Source of the DNA: an uncultured Hormoscilla sp.
GTDB taxonomy: Bacteria; Cyanobacteriota; Cyanobacteriia; Cyanobacteriales; Desertifilaceae
Length of the DNA stretch: 64,000 bases
Assembly (NCBI GenBank): GCA_963921275.4
Contig: OZ001293.3
Location: 3,840,001 to 3,904,000 of the forward strand
Direction: 5' to 3'
Both the position numbers and the translations under genes were made by a program. Position 1 is the stretch's first letter; the number at the start of each line of letters is the position of its first letter. Shown here piece after piece: positions 19,714-29,225 of this stretch. The notes beneath the pieces are model-generated. The model did no database searches, was not told where the DNA came from, and saw nothing but the letters and a program-made list of their open reading frames with translations.

Positions 19714-21309
19714 ATGATAGCGCTCGAAGCAAAAACAGAAAAGAAACAGCTGTCAGAGGAAAGCGAAAACAGTTGTCTAGAAATTTCGGTCATTGGGTTA
19801 CTAGAAACTCTCAAATTTCAGTCAGTTCCCCGGGAGGAACCAGGGAGCGGGGAAGTAGAAATAGAGGTGCTAGCAGCGGGTCTGAATTTCAAAGATGTAC
19901 TCAGAGCATTGGGAATGATGCCAGTAGAACCGGGGGTACCGGTAAGATTTGGCTTGGAATGCGCTGGCAAGATAGTTAGGCTAGGAGATGGAGTTGCAGG
20001 ATTTGAGATTGGAGATGAAGTAATAGCCTTTGGTTCCAACTGTTTTAGTAGGTATATAACAAGTTCAACTTCATTGCTCGTTCCCAAACCCAAGTCCCTC
20101 AGCCTAGAAGCAGCGGCAACAATACCAGTAGCATTTATGACTGCTTACTATGGCTTGATTGAATTGGCAAGACTGAGAGCAGGAGAGCGAGTTCTCATTC
20201 ATGCTGCCACAGGAGGGGTGGGCATGGCAGCGGTACAGGTGGCCAAGTGGGTGGGAGCAGAAATTTTTGCAACCGCAGGCAACCCGGAAAAACGGGCATT
20301 TTTGCGCGGACAGGGAATAGAATATATTATGGATTCCCGGTCCCTGGATTTTGCAGATGAAGTGATGCAATACACCCAGTCAAGAGGTGTAGATGTAATA
20401 TTGAACTCCTTGGCAGGAGAATTTATTGCCAAGAACTTTGAGGTTATGGCTGACTTCGGACGCTTTGTAGAAATAGGGATGCGGGATATATACAGTAATA
20501 GTCAAGTTGGTCTGGAACCATTTCAGAAAGGCTTGTCATTTTTTGCCCTATTAGTAGGGCCAGAACTGCCCAAATTTAGTCAAATTTTTCGAGAACTGGC
20601 AGCAGGATTTGAAGAAGGCAGCTTTAATCCCCTACCGCTGAAGGTTTTCTCGGCAACAGAGATTGATGAGGCTTTTAGCTACATGGCGCGGGCCAAGCAT
20701 ATTGGAAAAATAGTTGTGTGTTTCCCAGGACTAGAGGAACACAAACAAAAAAATGAGTCTTATGTGACCTGGGTCACTTTTCGCAGACAAGAACGCCATC
20801 AAGAAAGAAACCTGTCTGTAGGAATCAGGTCCCAAGAAGGGGTAGAAGCTTTTCGACGAATTTTGAGCAATAGCCTGCCCCAGGTGGTAGTCTCGACAGC
20901 AGATTTGACCGCGCGACTCAAGCAAGCGAAGACGAAGGTGGGAGGCATTTTTCTACAAGAATCACAACCAGCAGCAGCATCAGTCAGCCATTCCCCCCGC
21001 CCCCAACTGCATAACGCTTATCTAGCCCCTAGTACGCCCACGGAGGAAAAGGTGGCGAAAATATGGCAAGATTATTTGGCGATCGACCAAGTAGGGATTC
21101 ACGATAACTTTTTAGATTTAGGTGGTGATTCTTTGCTAGCTACCCAAGTGATTGCGAGATTGCGGGAAGTGTTTGCGGTAAAATTATCTTTGGCGAGTTT
21201 GTTGGAAACCCCAACTGTGGCCCAGATTGCTAGTGATATAGAAGGGATGATTGCTACTGGACGCGGGCAGAAAGCGGAACAGACAGATAGAGAAGAAATA
21301 GAAATATAA
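19714..21309 (+). CDS. Type I PKS, second part: ER - KR C-terminal segment - ACP with docking SLiM
   Basis: ER motifs GLNFKDVL, LIHAATGGVG, HIGKIV. KR-tail-like GIRSQEGVEAFRRIL. ACP motif GGDSL. C-terminus REEIEI. Confidence 0.9.
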   Translation: MIALEAKTEKKQLSEESENSCLEISVIGLLETLKFQSVPREEPGSGEVEIEVLAAGLNFKDVLRALGMMPVEPGVPVRFGLECAGKIVRLGDGVAGFEIGDEVIAFGSNCFSRYITSSTSLLVPKPKSLSLEAAATIPVAFMTAYYGLIELARLRAGERVLIHAATGGVGMAAVQVAKWVGAEIFATAGNPEKRAFLRGQGIEYIMDSRSLDFADEVMQYTQSRGVDVILNSLAGEFIAKNFEVMADFGRFVEIGMRDIYSNSQVGLEPFQKGLSFFALLVGPELPKFSQIFRELAAGFEEGSFNPLPLKVFSATEIDEAFSYMARAKHIGKIVVCFPGLEEHKQKNESYVTWVTFRRQERHQERNLSVGIRSQEGVEAFRRILSNSLPQVVVSTADLTARLKQAKTKVGGIFLQESQPAAASVSHSPRPQLHNAYLAPSTPTEEKVAKIWQDYLAIDQVGIHDNFLDLGGDSLLATQVIARLREVFAVKLSLASLLETPTVAQIASDIEGMIATGRGQKAEQTDREEIEI

Positions 21310-21311
21310 CA

Positions 21312-22946
21312 ATGAAAAGTAGTTCTGATTTTTTATCGCACTTGGCATCGCAGGACATCCAAGTCTGGGCGGAAGGAGATCGCCTGCGTTGCAATGCGCC
21401 CAAGGGAGTGCTAACATCAGAGTTACGCTCTGAATTAACAGCTCGCAAGCAAGAAATGCTGGCCTATTTGCAGCAAAAAACAGAAGAGCCGAAGATTAGT
21501 AGGGTCTCCCGCAGTCAAGAAATCCCGCTATCCTGGACTCAGCAACGACTTTGGTTTCTAGATCGACTAGAAGGAGGAAGTAGTGCTGCTTATAATTTGT
21601 CAACGGCTTTAGAAATAAAAGGGCCATTAAATGTCAAGGCCCTAGAAAAGACATTGGCGGAAATGATAAGGCGTCACGAAACATTGCGGACCACTTTCCA
21701 GTTGGTAAATGGGACAGCAGTACAGGCGATCGAGACTCAGGTTTCCCTGGCATTACCGATAAGAGACTTACAGGAGTTGTCTGCAGAGGAAAAAAATGTG
21801 GAAGTGCGCAGGTTAGCGATCGCGGAAATTTCGCGGCCTTTCGATCTGGCCAAGGGACCGGTAATCAGAAATATATTGTTACGACTGGGAAAAACATCCC
21901 ACGTGCTGCTTTCTACCATCCATCATATTGTCTTTGATGGCTGGTCAACAGTAATATTCATTAAAGAATTGTCGAGTTTATATCAAGCCTTTGTCAAGGG
22001 CTTGCCTTCACCTTTGCCAGAGTTGCAGATCCAATATGCAGATTTTGCGGTCTGGCAGCGGGAGTGGCTGAAGGAGGATATCTTAAAACCTCAAATAGAG
22101 TACTGGAAAGAAAAACTAGCTTCAGCACCGCAATTATTGGCATTGCCAACCGATCGCCCCCGTCCTCAAATAGATAGCATGGGAGGAGATAGCGAGACAT
22201 TTAAGCTAAATAGTCAGATAATGGCAAAACTCAAAAATCTGACCAAGCAGTCTGGCTCAACTCTGTATATGATTTTGTTGGCAGCTTTCGCCACCTTACT
22301 CTATCGTTACAGCTCTCAAACAGACATCACGATCGGTTCCCCGATCGGAAACCGTTACCCGCAGGAGACGGAACCGCTAATTGGATTATTTATCAATACC
22401 CTGGTATTGCGGACAGAGATGAGTGAAAATCCTAGTTTTCTGGAACTGTTAAAACGGGTGCGCCAAGTAACCTTAGAAGCATACGAAAATCAGCACGTGC
22501 CCTTTGAGAAGTTGGTAGAGGAACTGAAGATCGAAAGAAACTTGAGTCGGAACCCGTTGTTTCAGGTATGGTACACTCTGCAAGATACGACAGTGGAAGG
22601 CTTGGAATTAACTGGTTTAGAAGTGCGGCCACTGGAATTTGAGAATCCCACGGCGATTTTCGATCTCGAATTAATTCTGGAATATATACCATCAGGTCTC
22701 AAAGGCCAGTTGAGATATAAAACAGATTTATTCGATCGGGCGACAATAGCGCAAATGGTTCGACATTTCCAGACATTGCTGGAAAGTATAGTGGCAGCTC
22801 CAGAACAGCAGCTGAATAATTTAAGACTCTTGACAGATGAAGAAACAGGAGGTTATACTATAGAAGACTTCTCAGAGGCGGATTTCAGCCCCCAGGAGTT
22901 CGAGAAGTTGATGATGGAAATTGGCAAGATAGCCGTGTCTTTGTAA
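21312..22946 (+). CDS. Stand-alone NRPS condensation domain with TubC-type N-terminal docking domain and COM-like C-terminal tail
   Basis: N-terminus IQVWAEGDRLRCNAPKGVLT, active site HHIVFDGWS, no A or T domain, tail GGYTIEDFSEADFSPQEFEKL. Confidence 0.9.
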   Translation: MKSSSDFLSHLASQDIQVWAEGDRLRCNAPKGVLTSELRSELTARKQEMLAYLQQKTEEPKISRVSRSQEIPLSWTQQRLWFLDRLEGGSSAAYNLSTALEIKGPLNVKALEKTLAEMIRRHETLRTTFQLVNGTAVQAIETQVSLALPIRDLQELSAEEKNVEVRRLAIAEISRPFDLAKGPVIRNILLRLGKTSHVLLSTIHHIVFDGWSTVIFIKELSSLYQAFVKGLPSPLPELQIQYADFAVWQREWLKEDILKPQIEYWKEKLASAPQLLALPTDRPRPQIDSMGGDSETFKLNSQIMAKLKNLTKQSGSTLYMILLAAFATLLYRYSSQTDITIGSPIGNRYPQETEPLIGLFINTLVLRTEMSENPSFLELLKRVRQVTLEAYENQHVPFEKLVEELKIERNLSRNPLFQVWYTLQDTTVEGLELTGLEVRPLEFENPTAIFDLELILEYIPSGLKGQLRYKTDLFDRATIAQMVRHFQTLLESIVAAPEQQLNNLRLLTDEETGGYTIEDFSEADFSPQEFEKLMMEIGKIAVSL

Positions 22947-22980
22947 AAACCCCGGGGGAAAAGCAGGAAGGAAAAGGGAG

Positions 22981-24579
22981 ATGAGTAAGGAGAAAGTATA
23001 TCTGAAACAAAACGTGCAAGCAGAGCCATTATTCAATCAATGGTATGCTTGGCCTTACTTGATAGCGCCAGCGACGGCGGCCATGTATATGGTGAACTCG
23101 TACTTCAAGATTATGGAATCATTCGTGGCAGCGCCGCAATTCCACGTTTCTGCTTTGCAAAATCCGAAAATGAAAGGGGGTCCGTTCATAAACTACGATG
23201 CTAGTAGAGCGCCAGAAATTAAGGCGCTGCTGGAAAAAACACAAGCAGAGCAAGAAGAACTGGTAGAGTTGGCAGCAGGACTGAAAGAATTGCATTTATT
23301 ATTAATGGAGGAAGCCAAAGGATATTCAATCGAGCCTCTGTATAAAAAAGTACCAGAAGTTTTGAAAGGTTATGTGGAACTGAGTTACGATCTGAACAAT
23401 CAACCGTCAGTTCGTTTGATAGAAGGATTATTGTACAGGAGTAAGTATTATAAAAAGTCATCTCAAAGCCTGTCCCTATCTTTGGTGGAACGAGACGATC
23501 GCCCGTTTATATTCAGTAGCCCCAGGCTAGAAGATGAAAAAAGTTTGCGTCTGCATACTCATTTCCATCATCAAGGGTTAGATGAGTTGTTCAAAATGAA
23601 ACAAATTCCTCAACCATTAGGTTTGATTGAGGAAGTCCTAGATATTAAGAACGGAGATCGGGGAAGTTTGTGGAAATCATTTTTTACAGAGGAAGCGCCA
23701 TCACCACTGAAGAAATATACAGAGGAACCGGTAAGGGTGCGTTATTTCGGTCATGCTTGCATTTTAATTGAATCAAAAGACATCAGCATTTTGTGCGATC
23801 CGCTGATTAGCTATAAGTATGATGGCGGAATTACTCGTTACACCTATGCAGATTTACCAGAAGTAATAGATTATATTTTAATTACCCACCAGCACCACGA
23901 TCACTGTATGTTGGAAACTTTGCTACAGCTGCGCCATAAAACGAAAACCGCGATCGTACCTAAAAATAATGGAGGTGAATTGGCAGATCCGTCGATGAAA
24001 TTGCTGTTGCAGAATATGGGTTTTCAGCAAGTAAAAGAGATTGAAGAAATGGAAACAATAGAGGTAGAAGGTGGCGGGATTACAGGTTTGCCTTTTTTGG
24101 GCGAACATGCAGATCTGAAGATTAGAACAAAAACAGCTTATTCGATTAATTTGCAAGATAAGACGATCGTGGTGGGAGCAGATTCAACAAATTGTGAATC
24201 CCAGCTTTATGATAAGATCGGGGAAGCTATGGGAAAAGTTGATATAGTCTTTTTGGGAGTCCAATGTGATGGCGCGCCATTAAGCTGGGCTTATGGAGGT
24301 TTGTTAATTAAACCATTAGCACGAAAAATGGACCATTCGCGGAAATCAAGTGGTTGTGACTACGAAAAGGCGATCGCCTTAATAGAGAGTTTGCATCCGA
24401 ACGAAGTATACGTGTATGCAATGGGGTACGAACCGTGGTTGAGTTATCTGATGTCTTTTGAAAATTACCAAGAGAGTCGCTCCTTTGCAGAGGCAAATAA
24501 ATTAGTATCGGAGTGTCAGAGTCGCGGGATAATATCGGAGAGATTGTTTGGGCAAAAAGAATTATATTTAAACAAATAG
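22981..24579 (+). CDS. CmlA-family MBL-fold non-heme diiron beta-hydroxylase acting on NRPS-tethered amino acids
   Basis: 532 aa. EPLFNQWYAWPYLIAPAT, YFGHAC, ITHQHHDH, PFLGEHADL, GADS and YVYAMGYEPW are collinear with CmlA as recalled. Confidence 0.88.
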   Translation: MSKEKVYLKQNVQAEPLFNQWYAWPYLIAPATAAMYMVNSYFKIMESFVAAPQFHVSALQNPKMKGGPFINYDASRAPEIKALLEKTQAEQEELVELAAGLKELHLLLMEEAKGYSIEPLYKKVPEVLKGYVELSYDLNNQPSVRLIEGLLYRSKYYKKSSQSLSLSLVERDDRPFIFSSPRLEDEKSLRLHTHFHHQGLDELFKMKQIPQPLGLIEEVLDIKNGDRGSLWKSFFTEEAPSPLKKYTEEPVRVRYFGHACILIESKDISILCDPLISYKYDGGITRYTYADLPEVIDYILITHQHHDHCMLETLLQLRHKTKTAIVPKNNGGELADPSMKLLLQNMGFQQVKEIEEMETIEVEGGGITGLPFLGEHADLKIRTKTAYSINLQDKTIVVGADSTNCESQLYDKIGEAMGKVDIVFLGVQCDGAPLSWAYGGLLIKPLARKMDHSRKSSGCDYEKAIALIESLHPNEVYVYAMGYEPWLSYLMSFENYQESRSFAEANKLVSECQSRGIISERLFGQKELYLNK

Positions 24580-24591
24580 GGGAGCAGTTGC

Positions 24592-24645
24592 GTAGGAGGG
24601 GCGTCTCGCCTGTCCGAGATGTAGGAGGGGCGTCTCGCCTGTCTA
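24592..24645. repeat. Short REP-like direct repeat (2 copies)
   Basis: GTAGGAGGGGCGTCTCGCCTGTC twice in the intergenic space. Confidence 0.7.
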
Positions 24646-24671
24646 CCAGTTGTGAGTTGTGAATATTGAAT

Positions 24672-27600
24672 ATGGATATCAAAAATGTTAGAGATATATA
24701 CCGATTGTCGCCAGTACAAGAAGCGGTCCTGGGGGATGATCGGCCAGGTTGCGGTCAATTAATTTGTGAAGTGCGTGGAGAGCTAGATTTTGATAAATTA
24801 GAACAAGCTTGGCAACAGACGGTAGAGCAGCAGCCGGTGTTGCGAACCTTATTTGTCTGGAAAAACTTAGAACGTCCGCAGCAAGTTGTAGTCAAAAAAC
24901 TGAAAGTTGCACTATTAAAACAAGATTGTAGCGAATCGATAGAGAGTTTTCTTGAAAGGGAAAGAGAGCAGATGGTAAGGCAGGATGCCTTACCGCTGGC
25001 CAGACTAGCAGTTTGTCGGATGTCAGAACAAGTGCAGCAAGTGGTGATGACGTATCATAACTTAATTATGGACAAACATAGTAGTTATTTGCTTTTAAGG
25101 GAAGTATGGAGTAACTATGGCGATCGGACAATAAATAGAGAAGAAATTCCAGCGTTCAAAGATTATATAAGTTGGCTCAAAAAACAGGATCGCTCTAATG
25201 CGGAAGCTTTTTGGAGTCAGTGGTTAAAGGGAGTTTCTCCATCGACCCCATTGGCGATCGCGCGGTATGGGGGAACGGCGTCGGGTGACGATCGCGCTTC
25301 TGTAAAAATCCCAGCAGCGGTAGTATCATCGTGGCAGGCCGAATATCAGTTAAGCTTAAGCATACTGGTGCAAGGGGCTTGGGCTCTACTGTTGAGTCGC
25401 TATGGCGACTCGGAAGAGGTGGTATTTGGTCTGGAAGTAACTGGCCGTCCAGAGGCGCTTCCAGGATCGGAGTTCATAATAGGGGCTTTTCAGAACAGGC
25501 TACCAGTCCGAGTACGAGTTTGTCCGGATGTATCTGTAAGAACTTGGCTGGAAGAATTACAAGCGCAGCAAGCAGAACTACAGCAATATGCCTACAATTC
25601 GCTAGCACAAATACGAGATTGGAGTAAGATAAATAACTTAAGCTTATCTAGCTATGTAAGTTATGCTGCGGACAAGCCCGAAGAGTGGGTACAACTGCAG
25701 GATGACAGCAGTAGGGTGGGCAGTGCCCACCCTGCTTTAGGATGGCTCGAAAGTAGGGAAAGTCGAAATTGCCCGATCGCTCTAACGGCCCAGGGGTCTA
25801 AAGAATTAACTTTAGAAATAATATACGACCGGGCCCGGTTTGAGTCAGGGGCGATCGCGCGGTTACTGGGACATCTAGAAACTTTAATGACTGCCATGGC
25901 AACAAGGCCCGACGTTGCTCTAGAAAAGTTGCCATTATTAACAGACCGGGAACGGGAACAACTGGCCAAATGGAACGAAGGCCAAACAGATTATCCTCAA
26001 GATCGATGCATTCATCAACTAATTGCAGCGCAAGCAGAGCAGACTCCCGATCGGGTGGCGGTAGCATTTTCCGATTTTTCCGGAACGGTGCAGCAGCTCA
26101 CCTATGGGGAGTTGAATAAACGTGCCAACCAACTAGCTCATTACCTGCAAGGAATGGGGGTGGGACCGGATGTCCTAGTGGGGATTTGTGTAGAACGTTC
26201 CTTGGAGATGCTGGTGGGAATACTGGGGATATTGAAAGCAGGTGGTGCTTACGTACCAATAGACCCCGGCTATCCTTTTGAGCGGATATCCTTTATTTTG
26301 GGAGATGCGCAGCCTCCAGCATTGTTAACTCAAGAGCATTTAGAAGCAGAACTACCGGTCCATTGGGGACAGGTAATTTGTCTGGACGCGGAGTGGGAGG
26401 AAATAGCAGCAGAAAGCGAGTCCAATCCTAGCAGCAATGTTACCGCAGAGAATTTAGTTTATGTAATCTATACATCAGGATCGACAGGAAAGCCCAAGGG
26501 AGTTTTAGTAAGCCATCGAAATTTAGTCGATTCAACGATCAACCGCTGTGATTATTATCCAGAACCACCGCAATCTTTCCTGTTACTCTCTTCTTTTGCT
26601 TTCGATAGTTCCGTAGCAGGCATATTTTGGACGTTGTGCTGTGGTGGCAAGCTAGTACTGCCACCACAGCAGTTTCAGTCGGAACCAGAACAGCTGGCAA
26701 GCGCGATCGCCCAGCATCAAGTAGAATATTTGTTGAGCATACCTTCTCTGTATGCTGTAGTTTTGGAGCAAGCAGCGGAACTATCGGGACTGCGGGGAGC
26801 GATCGTGGCGGGAGAAGCATGTCCGGGGAAGCTAATCGAGCAACATCGCCAGTTACTACCAGATTGCGCTCTCTTTAATGAATACGGTCCCACAGAAGGG
26901 ACGGTATGGAGTACAGTTTATAACTGTCAAGATTGGCAACAGGAAATATCGGTGCCCATCGGACGCCCGATCGGCAATACTCAAATTTATATTCTCGATC
27001 GGCATCTGCAACCAGTACCGATCGGGATTAAAGGGGAACTGTATATCGGCGGTGCGGGGATCGCGCGGGGCTATCTGCAACGCCCGGAGTTAACGGAATC
27101 AAAATTCATTAGGGATCCTTTTAGCGATCGCCCCGGGGCCCGTCTCTATAGAACGGGAGATTGGGCTCGCTACCGAGAAGATGGTAATATCGAGTTCCTG
27201 GGTCGCATCGACGACCAAGTAAAGATTCGCGGCTACCGGATCGAACTGGGAGAAATTGAAGCTATCTTGGGACAGCATCAGGGAGTGGCTCAAACCGCAG
27301 TTATCGCCAGGTCGGAGGGCGATCGCCAACGTCTAGTAGCCTATATTGTCCCTTCGGAGGAGTCCGACGTGCCTAGTGCTAATGACCTCCGGGATTTCCT
27401 CAAGAGCAAGCTGCCAGAATATATGGTGCCAGCAAGGTTTGTGAGTCTGTCGGCCATGCCACTCACCCCTAATGGTAAGATCGACCGCCGCGCTCTCCCA
27501 GCACCAGAAGATGTAAATCCCAGTTCGGACTCGGGTTTTGCCGCGCCCCGATCGCCCCAGGAGGAATGCTTAGCAAGGATTTGGAGCGAACTGTTAAGGC

Positions 27601-29213
27601 TAAAACAAGTTAGTATTCACGACAATTTCTTTGAATTGGGTGGGGACTCGATCGTCAGCATTCAAATGATCGCCAGAGCAAATCAGGCGGGTTTAGCAGT
27701 CAATCCCAAACAACTCTTCGAGCATCAGACCATTGCTAAATTAGCAGCAGTTGCAGGTACGACCTCTGGAATTATTGCTCAACAGGGGATAGTTACGGGG
27801 GCGATGCCCTTAACCCCCATTCAACATTGGTTCTGGGAGCAAAATTTACCCGCACCGCATCATTTCAATCAATCAATCCTCTTAAAGGTATCGTCAAAGC
27901 TGAAACCGGAATTATTGCAGCAAGCGGTGCAGCAATTGCTAGTACATCACGATGCTGTGCGCCTGCGCGCTCAAGGTTGGCCTCCCAAACAGGCGATCGC
28001 TCCAGTAGACGAGACAGGACCCTTTGCAGTCGTGGACTTGTCCGATATTGAGGCGCTAAAACAGCCCCAGGCGATCGCCTCTAGAGCCACAGAAATTCAG
28101 GCTAGCTTGAATTTGACAGATGGACCGATAATGCGGGTAGTGTTATTTAAGTTGGGCAGGTCGGGGCCCGATCGCCTGTTCTTAGTCATCCATCATCTAG
28201 CCGTTGATGGCATCTCCTGGCGCATCTTGCTGGAAGATATGAAGAACGCTTGCGAACAAGGATCGCGGGGAGAAACCATCCAATTGCCGCCGAAAACCAC
28301 TTCTTTCCCCGATTGGGCCGAGCGGCTAATTGCATATGCTGAATCTCCAACAGTAAACCAAGAACTAGATTATTGGCAAGCGCAATCCCCATCGGAGGTG
28401 ACGGCGATGCCAGTAGATCTACCAGAGGGGAAAGGCAATAACACTGTTGCTTCCAGTAAAACATTGTCAGTATCCCTGAATGCAGAACAAACCCGCCTGC
28501 TGTTGCAAGAAGTACCGTCGGCTTACAATACTCAAATTAACGAGGTGCTGCTCACAGCATTAACGCAAAGTTGGGTAAAATGGACTGGTGCTAGGGGACT
28601 GCTAGTGGAACTAGAAGGTCACGGACGCGAACAACTATGGGAAGATGTAGATTTGTCGCGGACGGTGGGTTGGTTTACAACTCGATTTCCCGTTTGCTTG
28701 CAACTCGGCGCAACTGTTAACCAACCAGGGGAGGCGCTCAAATCAATCAAGGAACAATTGCGGCAGATTCCGGCCAAAGGCATTGGTTACGGGATCTTGC
28801 GTTATCTCAGTCCGGATGGGACCATGCGATCGCAGCTAAAAAAACAGACGCAACCGGAGGTAAGCTTTAATTACCTGGGGCAATTTTATTTTTACCAGTC
28901 AGAATCGATTCTGCTAGGATTTGCCGGAGAAGAGACAGGTCCGATACAAAGCCCATTAGGAAAGCGCCGGTATCTACTGGAACTGAACGGATTGGTGGTT
29001 GAAGGTAAGTTACAATTAGATTGGACTTACAGCGAAAATATTCACAAAGAAACTACAATAGCACGGCTAGCCCAGGATTTTCTGGAAGCATTGAACTCGA
29101 TTATAGACCATTGCGTTGCGCCGGAGACGGGCAGCTATACACCTTCAGACTTTCCGGATGTAGCATTAAGCCAGTCAGAACTGGACGATTTGGTGGCCGA
29201 AATAAATTGGTAA
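24672..29213 (+). CDS. NRPS module 2: inactive C (interface-like)-A(His)-T-E
   Basis: The N-terminal C-like domain has YHNLIMDKH in place of HHxxxDG. Manual code DSALIAEVWK (His-type). T motif GGDSI. E domain HHLAVDGISW, EGHGRE, RTVGWFT. Tail YTPSDF. Confidence 0.92.
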   Translation: MDIKNVRDIYRLSPVQEAVLGDDRPGCGQLICEVRGELDFDKLEQAWQQTVEQQPVLRTLFVWKNLERPQQVVVKKLKVALLKQDCSESIESFLEREREQMVRQDALPLARLAVCRMSEQVQQVVMTYHNLIMDKHSSYLLLREVWSNYGDRTINREEIPAFKDYISWLKKQDRSNAEAFWSQWLKGVSPSTPLAIARYGGTASGDDRASVKIPAAVVSSWQAEYQLSLSILVQGAWALLLSRYGDSEEVVFGLEVTGRPEALPGSEFIIGAFQNRLPVRVRVCPDVSVRTWLEELQAQQAELQQYAYNSLAQIRDWSKINNLSLSSYVSYAADKPEEWVQLQDDSSRVGSAHPALGWLESRESRNCPIALTAQGSKELTLEIIYDRARFESGAIARLLGHLETLMTAMATRPDVALEKLPLLTDREREQLAKWNEGQTDYPQDRCIHQLIAAQAEQTPDRVAVAFSDFSGTVQQLTYGELNKRANQLAHYLQGMGVGPDVLVGICVERSLEMLVGILGILKAGGAYVPIDPGYPFERISFILGDAQPPALLTQEHLEAELPVHWGQVICLDAEWEEIAAESESNPSSNVTAENLVYVIYTSGSTGKPKGVLVSHRNLVDSTINRCDYYPEPPQSFLLLSSFAFDSSVAGIFWTLCCGGKLVLPPQQFQSEPEQLASAIAQHQVEYLLSIPSLYAVVLEQAAELSGLRGAIVAGEACPGKLIEQHRQLLPDCALFNEYGPTEGTVWSTVYNCQDWQQEISVPIGRPIGNTQIYILDRHLQPVPIGIKGELYIGGAGIARGYLQRPELTESKFIRDPFSDRPGARLYRTGDWARYREDGNIEFLGRIDDQVKIRGYRIELGEIEAILGQHQGVAQTAVIARSEGDRQRLVAYIVPSEESDVPSANDLRDFLKSKLPEYMVPARFVSLSAMPLTPNGKIDRRALPAPEDVNPSSDSGFAAPRSPQEECLARIWSELLRLKQVSIHDNFFELGGDSIVSIQMIARANQAGLAVNPKQLFEHQTIAKLAAVAGTTSGIIAQQGIVTGAMPLTPIQHWFWEQNLPAPHHFNQSILLKVSSKLKPELLQQAVQQLLVHHDAVRLRAQGWPPKQAIAPVDETGPFAVVDLSDIEALKQPQAIASRATEIQASLNLTDGPIMRVVLFKLGRSGPDRLFLVIHHLAVDGISWRILLEDMKNACEQGSRGETIQLPPKTTSFPDWAERLIAYAESPTVNQELDYWQAQSPSEVTAMPVDLPEGKGNNTVASSKTLSVSLNAEQTRLLLQEVPSAYNTQINEVLLTALTQSWVKWTGARGLLVELEGHGREQLWEDVDLSRTVGWFTTRFPVCLQLGATVNQPGEALKSIKEQLRQIPAKGIGYGILRYLSPDGTMRSQLKKQTQPEVSFNYLGQFYFYQSESILLGFAGEETGPIQSPLGKRRYLLELNGLVVEGKLQLDWTYSENIHKETTIARLAQDFLEALNSIIDHCVAPETGSYTPSDFPDVALSQSELDDLVAEINW

Positions 29214-29225
29214 GGAAGATCGATC

